Shown piece after piece: positions 13,218 to 26,395 of a stretch of DNA of 64,000 bases. Positions within the stretch are counted from its first letter, which is position 1. Every line of letters starts with the position of its first letter. Origin of the DNA: Lingula anatina (taxonomy: Eukaryota > Animalia > Brachiopoda); contig CM120645.1 of NCBI GenBank assembly GCA_051362555.1, positions 9,362,001 through 9,426,000 on the forward strand, in the 5' to 3' direction. Below the pieces are notes generated by a model. The model was not told the origin of the DNA, did no database searches, and saw only the letters and a program-made list of their open reading frames with translations. A program made the position numbers and the translations under genes.

Positions 13218-14379
13218 TAAGACGTTAAAACGTCTAAAAACGGCTGGTAGATAAACATCGTAGTTGAAAACTTTAACTCTTATCTGTCTAAGTATGACAT
13301 GGATCCTTCTCCCATTGTCATTTTATGACTGTATGCTTTGGTACTTTGTGATACCAGAAATTCGATTTTTGTAACATGTACTTATTCTACCCTGGACATG
13401 TTTACAAGCGTGCCGCCATTTGCATTTGTAAAGATTAACAGCCCAGTGACATAATTATTCTGACCAGGGGGTCTGGACCTGGTCAAGGACATGCAGAAGG
13501 AAGTACAAACAAAGGCGACCTCAGATAATAGGAATGTGACTAATTATCTGTCATTAACTTATCTGCGCCCCTCTTCATGGCAGGGGCTTAGCAACAGTCC
13601 TTGACAACGGAGGGTGGTTTAGTAGCTATATATAGAGGACCTTAGTGGGGTTTGTCCAGATAGACACTTTCACCAAAAGTCAGTTTATGCAACGTAAAAT
13701 ATATATATTTTTTCCTTTTTGTTACTATAAACAGTAATAAAACAAAACATAACCCTTTTTTCCTATTGCGGGGGAATGAGAAAGATGATAGAGAAATAGA
13801 CCTGTCTTCTTCACCGCTTACATGAAGCTTCTCCATGACAAGAACACGACCGCAGACAACATTTTTCTATACATTTGGGTCGATAAAAAAGTGGTAGCCT
13901 GGGGAGCAATGGGAGCCTTTTCTTCTCCTCAATTATAAATTTTGCCAATAAATAATGAATAAATGACTAGATAAACACAGAAAGAAAGGGGGAAACCATT
14001 TTTATTTCTGTAATTCGATCGCGAAGCCAACGGTGGGTGCATGATTCGTCTCAGGTTAAGCACGTTTCACCATCATTCCATTAGAATAACAATAACAATA
14101 TGAATTATAATAACACAAACGTATGTACGAGTTGATGTACGATTTGTGAAGGGTTTGGGATATATTTCCTCATGCAAAAATGTGGCCAGGTGCCACAGGA
14201 GGCTTGCACAGTATGTTAATGTCGGTTGCAAGTGTCCAGTAAGGCGTTTTGCGGTATATTCAGTCAGCTGTGATAAGTACATGTACCAGTACATACACTC
14301 TATGTTATCTTGGCTGAGCTCAAAAGGAAACTGCTTACACCGTATGGATGTAGATGATGTCAGATGATGTCTCTTCTAA

Positions 14380-15010
14380 CACCCCATTTCCATAGATTAG
14401 ATCGACCTACTTCAGATCGACCTAACTCCCTGGGGGTTCACGCTAAATAGCTGTCAGCCGGACGGACACGAAAGTTAATTATCCCCTTACAGCTTGTAGT
14501 AGGCGGGACGGACATTTAGATGATGTCAGATGATGTCTCTTCTAACACCCCATTTCCATAGATTAGATCGACCTACTTCAGATCGACCTAACTCCCTGGG
14601 GGTTCACGCTAAATAGCTGTCAGCCGGACGGACACGAAAGTTAATTATCCCCTTACAGCTTGTAGTAGGCGGGACGGACATTTAAGTCGGATTATCTGAA
14701 AGTAATCTAGTGAGTCTCCCCGCGGGGATAGATCGATCTAAAATCTATGGAAATAGAGCCTCAGAGACCATTCCTAGACCCTATCGTGCCAACTGTGGAT
14801 TGATCTATCTCCAAGGAGGTTCTCGCTAAATTGCAATCAACTAAAGCGGCTTAGATATCTGTCACGCCTACTGAAGCTGCTAGGGGGTAATTAATTATCG
14901 TTTAGCAGCTTTAGTAGGCGTGCCGTCATCTAGGCCGCTTAAGCTGAATGTGAGAATCCCTTCGGAGATGGGTCGACCGTGTTAGATCGATATGGGTATG
15001 GGAACCCAGT
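14380..15010. mobile_element. Cluster of Tourist-like MITEs: inverted copy of the 13009 element (with a 166-bp tandem duplication) abutting a second family member
   Basis: 14546-14760 is the reverse complement of 13009-13217; 14351-14516 repeats at 14517-14682; 14764-15007 resembles 16753-16988. Confidence 0.8.
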
Positions 15011-16752
15011 CTTAACAGCAACATGGCAATGTCAGGTCTTCCGAATTACGCCTTAAGTGTTTTTTTTTCTTTCTTCTTCAAACCAGCCAGGCCATCGATC
15101 GCGCGAGTCAATCTGAATCTCTGTGTATAAAGATATTTATTGCTTGGCATTGTACACCTATTGCCATGTTAATTTCGTTTTGTAATAAAACAAAAAAAAA
15201 TTCAATATAAGCTGTCTGAAGCAAAATGATCAATGTCAATATTATCGAAAGCAAACCCCTCAATACCAATATTGTCTAAAGCAAAACCATCAAGGATAAT
15301 GTTGTTCTATTTTTCTATTCAATATAAATAAAAAACGACCTGATAAAAGTATAAATATCCTCGTTGAAAACTTCCTTGTTTGATCAATAATAACCTGTAC
15401 GTTAGAAATATATGAGGCATTACATAAGGGTGTTAACCTGACCTGTTCTTCATGGTAACCAATACGCCAAACAGCAACCAAATGGTGTGTTTTTTGTGTT
15501 AAAATTGGCTATAATTTCAACCATGTTGACAAGACGCCAGTCTGCACAGTGAAAAGATGTGCTGTCATGATAAACATGAACTGCAAGTCCGTCCACTCAA
15601 AAGAACACAATTTGCACAATTTGCACAGTAAACAGATAACTGTTATGCAATCATTAACAGCTTTGACTTCCGTCATTATTCATGTTGTATTTCTTTCATC
15701 GACGTGTTTTATGCGACAACCCGTCGAATGGAAACAGTGTTCTTGAAAAGAAACATTTTATCAGCAGCCTTAATTCTTATCACGGTTATTTGTATAAATT
15801 GTACGTGACGAACTGCACGTACTTGTATTACGCTTAACGAAACAGATACGATACGAATATTACGTTTTATATATCACATGTCATCGTGACAAATGATGCA
15901 AATTTTGTGTTCCGGACCGGTGAGAGAGAGAGAGAGAGAGAGAGAAAGATAAGATAATTCTTTATGGCGTTTCCTAGACCCACATTTCATAAATTCACCT
16001 TAATCTCCAAGACATACCCGGTCCAATACCTTTGAAGAAAAATACTGCCTTTAACATGTTAGAGAGTTTTCAGTTTTATTTCTTATTGACCTGGCGAATT
16101 TCACCAATCTCTTTCCCCATCACGAGGATAATTCAAAAACTAAAAACCTAGCACAAGAATAAAATAGAAAATTGTTAGTAATATTTCCTGTTTAGTGCAT
16201 ACATGAAAAGATTGTAAGAAAACTTGGTGAGGTGGGTCACCTTGACATTGAAACAACACACGTGCCCTACCAAGCGTTTTCAATAATTTTCTTTTTCAAT
16301 ATAATCAACCGCCGGCAAACACTTTCAGAGCCACCGTACAGCCATGGGAACTCGATAGAAACTCACTTTCGTTTTACTGGCCACTTGCAAGAGACGAAAG
16401 TACCATGCCTCATGTCAAATCGCCCTATACCATATCTGTCACAAGATATTCATTTTAATATGGACGAGATCGATAATACCACATTCGTTTATCAAACGAA
16501 ATTCACTCTGAAATAAAAAAAGCCAGGATAAATGAAAGCAGCATGACTTCCGTCTCTTTGAGTCGCTGTAATTTAGCAGTAATGTATTGGGGGGGGGGGG
16601 GGGGAACAAAAGTGAATTTGCCATGCCGCCTTCTTTTGTATAGACAAACTGACAAGCTCCTACGGGCCATAAGATTTTGTTGTTCAACATGCTGATTTTG
16701 GTGTTAAACCCCCGCAAAACTTAATCAGTGTCCCCGGTTGTGAAGTGTCCAA

Positions 16753-16988
16753 GACCCCATTCCCATACCTAGGTCGATCTAGCAGGATCGACCCATCTCC
16801 GAAGGGTTTCTGGCTAATTACATTCAGCGTAAGCGGGTCTGATGTCTGGCACGCCTACTGAAGGTGTTAGGGGGTAATTAACTATCGTTCGGCAGCTTCA
16901 ATAGGCGTGCCAGACATCTAAGCCGCTTAATCTGAATGCAATTTAGCGAGAATCCCTTCGGAGATGGGTCGATCCTGCTAGATCGATC
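16753..16988. mobile_element. Tourist-like palindromic MITE, right end truncated
   Basis: Starts gaccccattccc; arms gatctagcaggatcgacccatctccgaaggg / cccttcggagatgggtcgatcctgctagatc. Confidence 0.75.
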
Positions 16989-17122
16989 AATTTCGCGGCA
17001 ACATCACATACTTCTTAACAACATAATCACCATCAATATTTAATGATATATTATTAGTTTAGTGGTATTCAGAATACGCACAGGCCAAAGGAAGTTCAAA
17101 GATACACTTTGAAAATGCTAGT

Positions 17123-18190
17123 ATGCGAAAATGGACAAGTTTTATTAGGAAGTGGATTTACTCCTTTTTATGCCAAAGATATCAGAGAGTGAAATGTGGT
17201 CAGTGTAAATCTGACTGGGTCCAGCTTAACAGAGGGGTACCTCAGAGGACAAAGTTAGGTCCAATTCTGTTTATAACAATGATAAATGATCTAATAACCT
17301 GCTGCCCAGATATAAAATTCGTTGATGACACATCTATTTATGAAATTTGTCAGTTTGGCAAAAAGTCACTTCTTTCACAGGCAATAGAGCAACTTGAAAA
17401 TTGGGTTAGAAAAAACAATATGAAATTGAACGTAAAGAAACCAAATGTATAGATTTTAACTTTACCAAATGTACAGATATCATACCAACACTATTGGTAG
17501 ATGGAGAAATTGTAGAAAAAGTGAGTAAATTTAAGCTACTAGGATTAACTCTGACCCCTGATCTCAAGTGGACAGAACATGTGCAGTTTATTTATTCCAA
17601 GTCTTGTGCCAAGCTTTTTTTATCTCAGACAGTTGAAAAGGGCAAAACTGGACACTGAGGATCTAATAGTTATATATCAGTCAATAATCAGATCAGTCCT
17701 AGAATATGCATGCCCTGTGTGGGAGCCTGGTCTTACAGCCGAACAATGTGAATGCTTAGAATCTGTTCAAAGGAGAGCTCTTAGAATTATTTGCCCATTT
17801 TATACTTACAAAGATGCCCTACAGGCTAGCAATCTCACCTCTCTGAGGGAGAGAAGAGATGTTTTATTTAAGAACTATTTTACAAAAATCAAGAATTTTA
17901 ATAAGTTACACCATCTGTTTAAAGAAAAGAATCCAAGAAATCTCAGGGTCAGCGACAAATTTTTAATACAAAGGGTGAAAACGGAGCGTTTTAAATCATC
18001 CTTTATAATGCACAGTCTTTTAAATTTCTATAAAATACTGCTCCAAATTGTCTTATAAGTCTTGTTTTAAAGCTTTGGTCTTTTAGCCTATAACTTTTAG
18101 TTACCTTTAAATACCTTATGATTTTATATATGATACATTGTAAAACTTCAACCCTTGGGTTGTGATTATAGCAAATAAATAGATTATTAT
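17123..18190 (+). mobile_element. 5'-truncated, frameshifted non-LTR retrotransposon (CR1/L2-group RT C-terminal half plus 3' UTR)
   Basis: RT motifs GVPQxTKLGP and KFVDD; C-terminal IRSVLEYACPVW...LESVQRRALRII; frameshifts near 17440 and 17600; ends aataaa followed by attattat. Confidence 0.9.
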
Positions 18191-18860
18191 AAAAATACTA
18201 AACTACAAGGAAAATGATCCGATCAGGCTGGTTTTCATACTCGAACTGTATTTTAAGGATGTTCATCAATAATGTTAGTTTAGAGACAATAAGGGAACAA
18301 TAAGGGGCAATAAGGAAAACGTGTTTCCTGTATTTCATATAGCACAATATACCGGAAAAAAACAGCATAATTTCAAGAAAAATAATCCAGTCAGGCTGGT
18401 TTCAGTAAACACACCTGTAAGTTTGAAGACAAAAGACCTAACGGATTACCTCGAAATGTGCTACTTGTATTCAAATAGTATAATATATGCTGAAAAAAAA
18501 AAACAGTATAAACTGTGTAAAAATTAAGTGTCTGTACATAAAAATACAGTGTTCATTGCATACTTGCCAGTCAGCTGTTTTAATAATCTCGTAGGCCTAC
18601 AAGTGCTACATAAACTGCGTAAACATCAATAACATCTTGTTTGTGTCAATATTACTGAATACCAGGACATTCACTTGTAAATTTCCGTTTTCTATAAACT
18701 CCCCCCTCCCCAGAACAGAACTAATCCAATGGGGCTATCAGTTTTTTTCACCAATGGGTGGCGCGCGTGTTTTAGTTGGGGTACTTTTGCGCATGCGCGT
18801 ACTTTCTCGTGTGTTTGCAGTTTCATTTTTAATCTGACGCTGTAAATATCGCTCTAAATA

Positions 18861-20165
18861 ATGCCAGGATACTGTTGTGTTCCGGAATGTACATCGTCAA
18901 CAGCAGGTCATTCTTTTCCGAAAGACACAAAGCTGAGTTACCAGTGGAGAGTTGCCATCAGGAGGGTTGATTCTTCATCAAAAACACTATGGAAACCAAA
19001 GGCACATGACAAAGTCTGTTTCCTCCACTTTCGTGAGGAAGATTACACTTCTACGTAAGTTGTAGGCCTACTTGCTGTTGTCGCTTTTAGTATTAATAAT
19101 GAGTTTGTCAACTTATTCATTAGGTCTTTGTTATCGATGTTTAAATAATTGTGTCGTTTAACGTGCTTAGAATGTTAATTTTTAAGACATTCTTCACCTA
19201 ACATTATGTAGCGATTTGGGGGAGAAAACACTCTACCGACTAAGCTACCGAGCCCGGGTCAACCCCGACCAGCCACTACAATTTTTTCTTCGTTTTTATG
19301 TGATAATACATAAGGTTTTTTAAAGGCCACGTTTTCAAATTAGGACAACTTGATTTTTATTGTATTAATAATCGTTATGTTCACTCCTTTTGCAGATGAG
19401 AGAAAAAGACTGATGCCAGGAACGATACCATCCATATTTCCATTTAATAATTCGCAAAGTATCAGATCCGATGAAGTGGAGGTAAATATAACGCATGATA
19501 TAATAACAGATTTATAAATAAAATGTTTCTTTTTATTTGTATAATTATCTGTCTTAATACTAAAAATACTAGAGACGGACTAAAGGGGACAAGAGGCAGT
19601 CAGATCTGCGTCATTTCTGTCATCTACACAGATTTTATGTGTTAATTAACAATGCATTTTTCTTTGTGTAATTTATTAACTTATGTATTTATTTTTTGTT
19701 GTATCCTATATAGGATGAGTCTCAAGCAGATGAAGCAGTGGCAGACAAACATGAAGACTGCGCTGGTGAGAGCCAAAAAGAAAGTACAGCTTCCTAGTGT
19801 GATATCACTACACCATCAGACACAAGAGAAAGCATCATGCTGTACCAGAAAAATGCAAAGGCTGTCCAGTATCAAACTGGATTTAGTCATATTGAACATT
19901 TCATGTTATTTTTCAATGGCCTTGGGCCAGCAGCTCACCACTTGAATTTCAAATGTTTGTCACCAGGGCCAATGTTTTTTGATCATTATGAAACTGAGAC
20001 AAGCCTTTGACGATTATTTAGCTCTCTGTTTCAAGCTATCGGTAACAACGGTGTCAGAAATAATAAGCACATGGATCAACTTTGTTTTTCCAACTCAGTG
20101 AAATGAACATTTGGCCAGAACGTGACATTGTTGACGACTATATGTCTGTAAATTTTAAGAAATAT
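18861..20165 (+). pseudogene. Degenerate THAP-domain transposase (exons about 18861-19054, 19396-19481, 19714-20165), DDE core deleted
   Basis: THAP C2CH signature (CCVPEC...HSFP...W...VCFLHF) and the RLMPGTIPSIF box; YQTGF...IMKLRQ...LALCF...TVSEIISTWINF...IWPERDIVDDYM..NFKKY resembles the HTH_Tnp_4 region; in-frame TAG near 19795 and frameshifts. Confidence 0.8.
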
Positions 20166-21220
20166 GGAGTATTGATTTCATGGGTAAACAACAGTGACTG
20201 GCATAATTTGTCCATGTCTTGTCTTTCGGTTGCATTCAAAATATCACCAAACCTAAAAATGATAAAATTAAATTAGTGAGATAGGTTTTTTTACTGTTCT
20301 TTTCAATTTGTATTCCAAATGCAAAATGAAATTGTACATTCATAGGATTAAATGTTGACCTTCAAACCATGATATATCATCTCACAACTTGTATTTCTGT
20401 ATTATAATGCAACTACAGGTATATATAGTAGCTCAAGCTAGGACATGATATTGATACAAGACATTTGAACAAGTAAAAAACAAGCAAACTTATTTTCGTT
20501 TGCACACCTACCTCGATGCTGTTATTCTCCATGATCTTTCTTCATGCCACACTCGACTTTTACTTTGGCCTCTAGTTCTGTTTTCAAGTTCTGACACTTC
20601 CTTCTCTGTGACCTACCAACATCAATGCAATTATGAGGGAGTGAAAAAACAATGATGCTAACAAAACGATGCTAACATTCTTGGCAAACACTGTTTTGAT
20701 TGTCTACCTCATCTATACTGAGTTATGTCAACTGTCATTGACATAAAACACGCATCAACCCTTGTTTCTCCTTTACAAATTTGTGTTGACACAAGTCATG
20801 TGTTAAATGTAAGACCTGGTACACGAAACTTGATTACCGAAACGAACGGTCCTTTATCGACTAGGAGTGCCTACAATAAACGTATTTTAAACATAAATAC
20901 CTTCATTATATTCTCGGAATATGGAAATACGCAATGACAATATCATTATCTTGAAATATAGTAATAAATTAGGCATATTAGTAGTGCGGAACTAGCCGCC
21001 GCTTACACCTGGCTTTTGACAGGGAGCTCACACAGAAACCCATATTTACGGGAAGATTCGAGCGCGAAACCTTCAATATTAATGATACAATTGACACATT
21101 TATAAGTAAACACACTAACCTTTCTACCAAATCCTGTTTATTTCCTCTAGTGGAGGCTCCTCTTTCAACTAGTGTAAGTTTTAACTTCGCCGCCGTTTGC
21201 TTCCCATACTCTAAAGCCAT
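20165..21220 (-). pseudogene. Degenerate SAP + YqaJ (lambda-exonuclease-like) gene of the ISL2EU element (exons about 21220-21120, 20612-20512, 20252-20165)
   Basis: SAP-like LKLTLVERGASTRGNKQDLVER; spliced exon LENRTRGQSKSRVWHEERSWRITASR|FGDI is the typical YqaJ N-terminal motif; GT-AG sites of the two YqaJ exons are in phase. Confidence 0.8.
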
Positions 21221-22833
21221 TTCTACACGGACGCGAAAACGAGGCTATCTTCAATAACCACTATTACCCCAGCGCCCTCTTTAGGACAAACGGCTCCGCG
21301 TATAGCCCCATTAGTCTCATTAGAGGGATTTCGTGTTTTCTCTATAAGCAGATGTCCTTCCTTTTCAACTAATTTAAAAATAAATAAATAAAAACAAAAA
21401 AGGGTGTCTATACATGCTTCCTTGTTAAATAATTTGTTTTGACAACAACCTACACGTGCTTCTCTCCAGAGCCCGTCAATTCAAACATGTAAATGAGTGC
21501 CGTTACAAGATGAGGCAATGTCCCTATTAATCCGTGACTTAGCCTCAATCTCGGCGATCATTCTAATATAAGCGAACTCCGCAAGCGAGGCCGCTGTTTG
21601 TGCTTTGCAATTTGCGTTCAGTACTTATTGAATTCTGGTGAAGACATGGAAAAGGTAATTGGAAGCAACAGAAAGGAAAATCAGATATGCTTGGATTTCG
21701 TTCGGTGTCAAATATCTCTTGGTACATTTATATAACCGTGATGTTGTCGCTTGCGTCAGTGTAAAAGTCATTGTTTGGGAAAGGAAATTGCTTCAATCGT
21801 GACATTTTGTTTACTTTGAGAAACCAGTTGTCTGTGAAATGCGGGAATATTTATAAATATCAATCAAATGCTACAGCTTTGAGGTTCGAACGTACATGTA
21901 TTCTTGTCTAAGTTCTTTTTATTTTATCTCGTTCATTTATCTATCAATTAATTCGATGTATATTTTGTAATTAAGATTAAAATTAAATTTATATAACTAT
22001 TAAACTTTATTTATTGAGGATAAAACATGGTTAGTATAAAATTTTATCTTCCCAATGGCTTTCGTTCGGTAAGTTATATAAGTAAGAATAAACATAATAA
22101 TAATAGCAAATATCTAGTGTAATCTTCAGATTGGCAAGGTCTCAAAGCGTGATACATCAATGGCAAATTTTAATCAAAATTGTTGCACGACAGCGGTGTG
22201 ATTTAAACTAAAGTTCAGGACGTATATAATTTATGTCTTTCGTGTCTCGCACTTTTCTGTAGTGTGAGGGCACGCAGGCTGGCACAATGAATGTTTAATG
22301 CACATTGTCCTTCTTTCTGGCTTATGAATACAAAGAGTAGCACAGATTGATGATGTATTTTTTATGTGTATTCTTAATGAATATAATACCTGTGCCTGCG
22401 GTTTTTATGGTTTTGTCTGGGGCTTATCTATACCTGTTTAAATACTTAGCACATTGTGAGGGAATGTATGAATTACCTGCAAGGGAAATGTCACGAGGTG
22501 TTCAAGTGTTATGAAAAATTACTTCCGTGTACACTGAAAAGGACAGCCAAAGGTAGATTTATTCTCACCTCATTACTGTCGTTGATTTCAAAGTCATGGT
22601 GACATTTGCCATGTTTTGGGCAGCAACATAATGACATAACGATGCTGGCGCCGGATGAAACGTTCACAGCCTGAACAAGATAGTGTTTGAAGTGGTTTTG
22701 CTGAGAAAGCAACTGTTTTTGGGATTATATGTGAAAGTTTGACACAATATGGCAGTGTAGTGAGTTGGAGCGTGCGTCACTTTAGCAATGTTGACACAGA
22801 ATTGTCGGCGCAAAAACTATTAAAAAATAAAAG

Positions 22834-22836
<3 letters not shown>

Positions 22837-22896
<60 letters not shown>
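22837..22896. repeat. (TA)n microsatellite
   Basis: Direct reading. Confidence 0.95.
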
Positions 22897-22900
<4 letters not shown>

Positions 22901-25272
22901 AAATAAACATATAAATAAAATGAGTTTAAAAATTAATTTAAAAGAATCTTTGTTTTATTTTTGGTCTTACAGCTACGCGCACTGACGTCATCATATCATG
23001 CATTTATTTTCATAAAAAATTGAAAATGTCAAAATGGAGTGAAAGGTAAATAAAACGACCCAAAGAAAAAGGGAAAAGAAGGGATAGCAGAAATGGGAGT
23101 AAACAGCAAGTACGGACGGGGGTAAACAGCCGATGGGTCGACCCATGGTGGGAGGGGGTCCCCTGGTCGCCTTAAGCCTACAGGTAAGTACAGTATGTCT
23201 TCTTCGTGTACTTTTAGTGAACCGCTTGCTATACTTCGTATACTGCTATTGTTTAACTATTGCCTTAGACTTCATTTGCTATCCCCGTTTATACCACGGT
23301 AAGCCTCACGCTGTTCTTACGGTGTACGTTCAACCACTGTATGTATTTCATTAAATATTGCACGACAGATTGAGAAAAGCAAATATCTAGTGTAATCTAA
23401 AATTTAAAAAAAAATCAGCTTCTTAAATCATGCATGTGCAACAGTGAGAAGTTTTTAACTCTGGTGCATTTCTTATCTTTTATTTCATCTCCACAGTCGA
23501 CTCTGATATAAGCCGCATATTGGGCCTTTGCCAACGCCCTTATTTTAAAGAATACAAAATGAATTATATATATGAACTAGACAAATTTTACTTCCTTTCT
23601 CCTCAATTCTTAGCGAACACTGCTGAGTAAGTCAATACGTCTACACGTCTGGGTTGAGTACAAGAATTTGCCTATCAGCAAATCGTGACCATTAAAAATT
23701 TGATGCTGGTAGAACCCCGGGTCACATCTGAGTCTCCAATTCTTTGTTTTGTGATAACAAGATGTGGTGTCTTTGTTGCAACGTTCTCATTTTTCTGTAA
23801 CCGATGACATTTCCTCAATCTTCTCAAAGGAAATGCAAGACGAAAACCAAGATTTTAAACAAGAAATATCTTTATTGCACAACAACGGCGTATAATTAAG
23901 TTCAGTGGCACGTGTGCTAAGAATGGCCACGACAATAATCACGACTAAACAGATTTGGTATAATATAATTACAACACCATATCATTTATTATCAATAAAT
24001 ATAGAAGTTGGAATGTTCTAACAGGTGCACAATTAACATTGTGCACCGCAGGCAGTTTTATAGAGAGTTGTAAAGAATGTAATTTCACGCATCCATACTA
24101 TACCTAGTTTTGGTACTTTGCCTGACTTAAATTCTTCTAAAAACGTCATAAATATGCAGTCAATATTACGCCTCTACTGCTTCATTATCACATCCATTGG
24201 TATGTCAATTAAAGATGCGCGCTACGTTGATGTTATGTGCGTGTGTGCGTGCGTTCGTGCGTGCTACCTCGAAACGAACCCCTAGCTTTTATGGAGTAAC
24301 GTGTCCCCAAGTGTGAAGTTGATATACCATTTCACCCTTGCTTCACAACAGAAACTGGCCATGCACCAATGCATTCATGGACCCCAACTCTCTTCATATT
24401 GGCGGTTATTCCTAATATTAAAATACCTGTATTAACCAAAGGAAACCATAACGACATCACAAGCAGCCACCGCGTGTCATGCTAATCATCAGCGGTGTAA
24501 TGACATAAAGACTGAGCTGAAGGTTCGCGTGTTACTGATAACAGACGCGTATCTCTCTCGTCCCTGCTACGACAAGGAAACTATTAATTCCAGAAGAGGG
24601 TCCTATGTGATTTAAACACGACCCCTTAACCAGGCACGTCCGTGAGCATTACAGCGGCGTGACGCGTTCAATAGAGAGGTTTAACTATCAGACTTTGTGA
24701 GCAAATTGTTACAGGTATTAAGTATCACAATACACAGGTTGTTACTCTGTTATTAGAAGTGCATCGAGAGATTAAGGTTGCGACCCTTATGCCATGCCTC
24801 GAGACGCCTGATCAAAGACAAAATGAAGCACGATGTAAGCTTTGCCCCTCTCTCTCTCCCTTAAAGGTCCCTGATTTCCCTTTACTCCACATAAACCACC
24901 AGCAAGTCATTAATGCACGCCTCCAATGGACAAAATAAAATCAACTTGACCAATCATGAGATTTACGATGCACATATATTTAAATAACTGATGTGTCGCA
25001 TGACAATTTGCGGCACCGACTTGTCTTTGGTATTGAGCGACAAACACAATAGTGTCCGACAAATAAAAAACCCGAAAATACATGACGTTAAATAGTCAAA
25101 GTTGCACCAAAGTATTAAGACGCGTGAGGTCACCACTGGCCTTCTGACGTTAAATAACCACGTGATCAATCTCAATATATTTCTGTGCGTCTGTTTTCGA
25201 CGCGTCTTGAATATACATTTAAGATACGTAAGCTTAGACATGTCGTTCGCATTATTAAGCTGCCAGTCTCTG

Positions 25273-25835
25273 CTATTGATTGACATTGAACTTTTTACCA
25301 GAATAAAGTCTGTCTTTATCTTGGAAACTACTAACATACGAGGACTGTATATTCCAATCTGACGTCAGAGAGTTTGATGACGGTTCGATATTTGAGTCCT
25401 TTGGCGAAGATAAACTGTGCGCAGATTTCGAAATCTGTCGGCTGTACATATCATTTGGATTAAGCCTTACGTCACTAAAATCCTCGCACCCCATTGGGCA
25501 AGACGAAGTCTGTCGCAGCAGACGCCTGTTGTACGTTTTGGTGGAAGTGTTCCCCTCTGATATCGAAATGTTTCCGTGATTTAGCCTCTGTCTGAGGTGG
25601 CCATAAGTAGGAGAAGTAGACAAACTAGACAATGTTCCTAGGTCGACACTGAGGCTGTTTGGCCGGGAGTTCTGCAGGTGCTCTGCCTGCGTGTAGCTGG
25701 GGCAGGCACGGAGATCAATAAAGCTTCTCTGAAGTCTTTTTTTACATTGTAGTGTCGGGGGAAAGATTGTCGCATACTGTGATACTGCAGGCGGACTTGG
25801 GCTTTCACTGCGCTCAGGAGCTTTTGGAATGTTGC
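25273..25835 (-). CDS. Ankyrin-repeat protein, exon 3 (Ser/Pro-rich, probably disordered C-terminus)
   Basis: Acceptor ...cattgaag|GC AAC in phase 1 with exon 2; open to the stop at 25273; total CDS 1083 nt = 360 aa. Confidence 0.75.
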
Positions 25836-26171
25836 CTTCAATGAGAAGAAAACGAAAAATCAAATATTTATTTAAGAAAGTAAACAGTCGGAGATGTTTC
25901 AACAAAGGAGTGTCATTTTACCCAATCTTCACGGGGATGTTAGAATAAAATTGACTGCGAACCGGAACTTTGTAATAAGTAAAGACGTCGCTGAATTTGT
26001 ATAATATCTATGAATTCGTTTACCATGACTGCATTTGCTCATTTATGTAAAGACTCAAAACGAATAAATGGCGTTTATTCTACATATTAAACATGCGTGC
26101 ACTCAACTCTGATTTAGATAGCGTCACTGTGACGTCATTTCTGTACGCCAGCATATTACGTAATAACTTAC

Positions 26172-26395
26172 CACTATATTGCAAGTCTCGTATAAATTTC
26201 ACAATGTGGTAATGCCCCCTGTTCTTGGCCTCTTCCAAGGCCGTGCTTCCGTCGCCGTTTTCTTTCCAGATGTCGCACCCTTCGTCCACAAGAAGTTTTA
26301 CGACATCTAAGTAACCCCTGTAGGCAGCGAGGTGACAAGGTGTGTCCCCGTTTATTGTGGTGAGGTCCACTTTGGCGCCATTCTTTATCAAGAAC
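26172..26395 (-). CDS. Ankyrin-repeat protein, exon 2
   Basis: GDTPCHLAAYRGYLDVVKLL and GSTALEEA ankyrin repeats; tttttccag| acceptor and |gtaagt donor, phases 2/1. Confidence 0.9.

Larger units (their letters stand above)
18731..21309. mobile_element. Internally deleted ISL2EU-type (IS5/Harbinger-related) DNA transposon
   Basis: Termini GGGGCTAT...ATAGCCCC with AT on both flanks (18729-30, 21310-11); contains THAP+HTH transposase on + and a convergent SAP+YqaJ gene on -. Confidence 0.85.

Noticed and set aside
2276-16055. ttaaaggcag ... ctgcctttaa as ends of a large Kolobok-like element
   Set aside because: Only a 10-bp match 14 kb apart, with no transposase between; chance or unrelated fragments
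17112-18200. TSD for the LINE (aaaatgcta / aaaatacta)
   Set aside because: Short, imperfect and AT-rich; not reliable
18861-19058. Host THAP-domain gene
   Set aside because: Lies inside TIRs and TSD and continues into a disrupted transposase, so it is part of the transposon
19228-19258. tRNA-like 5' half on the minus strand (gctcggtagcttagtcggtagagtg)
   Set aside because: Only an A-box/D-arm; no anticodon or T arm. At most a SINE-head fragment
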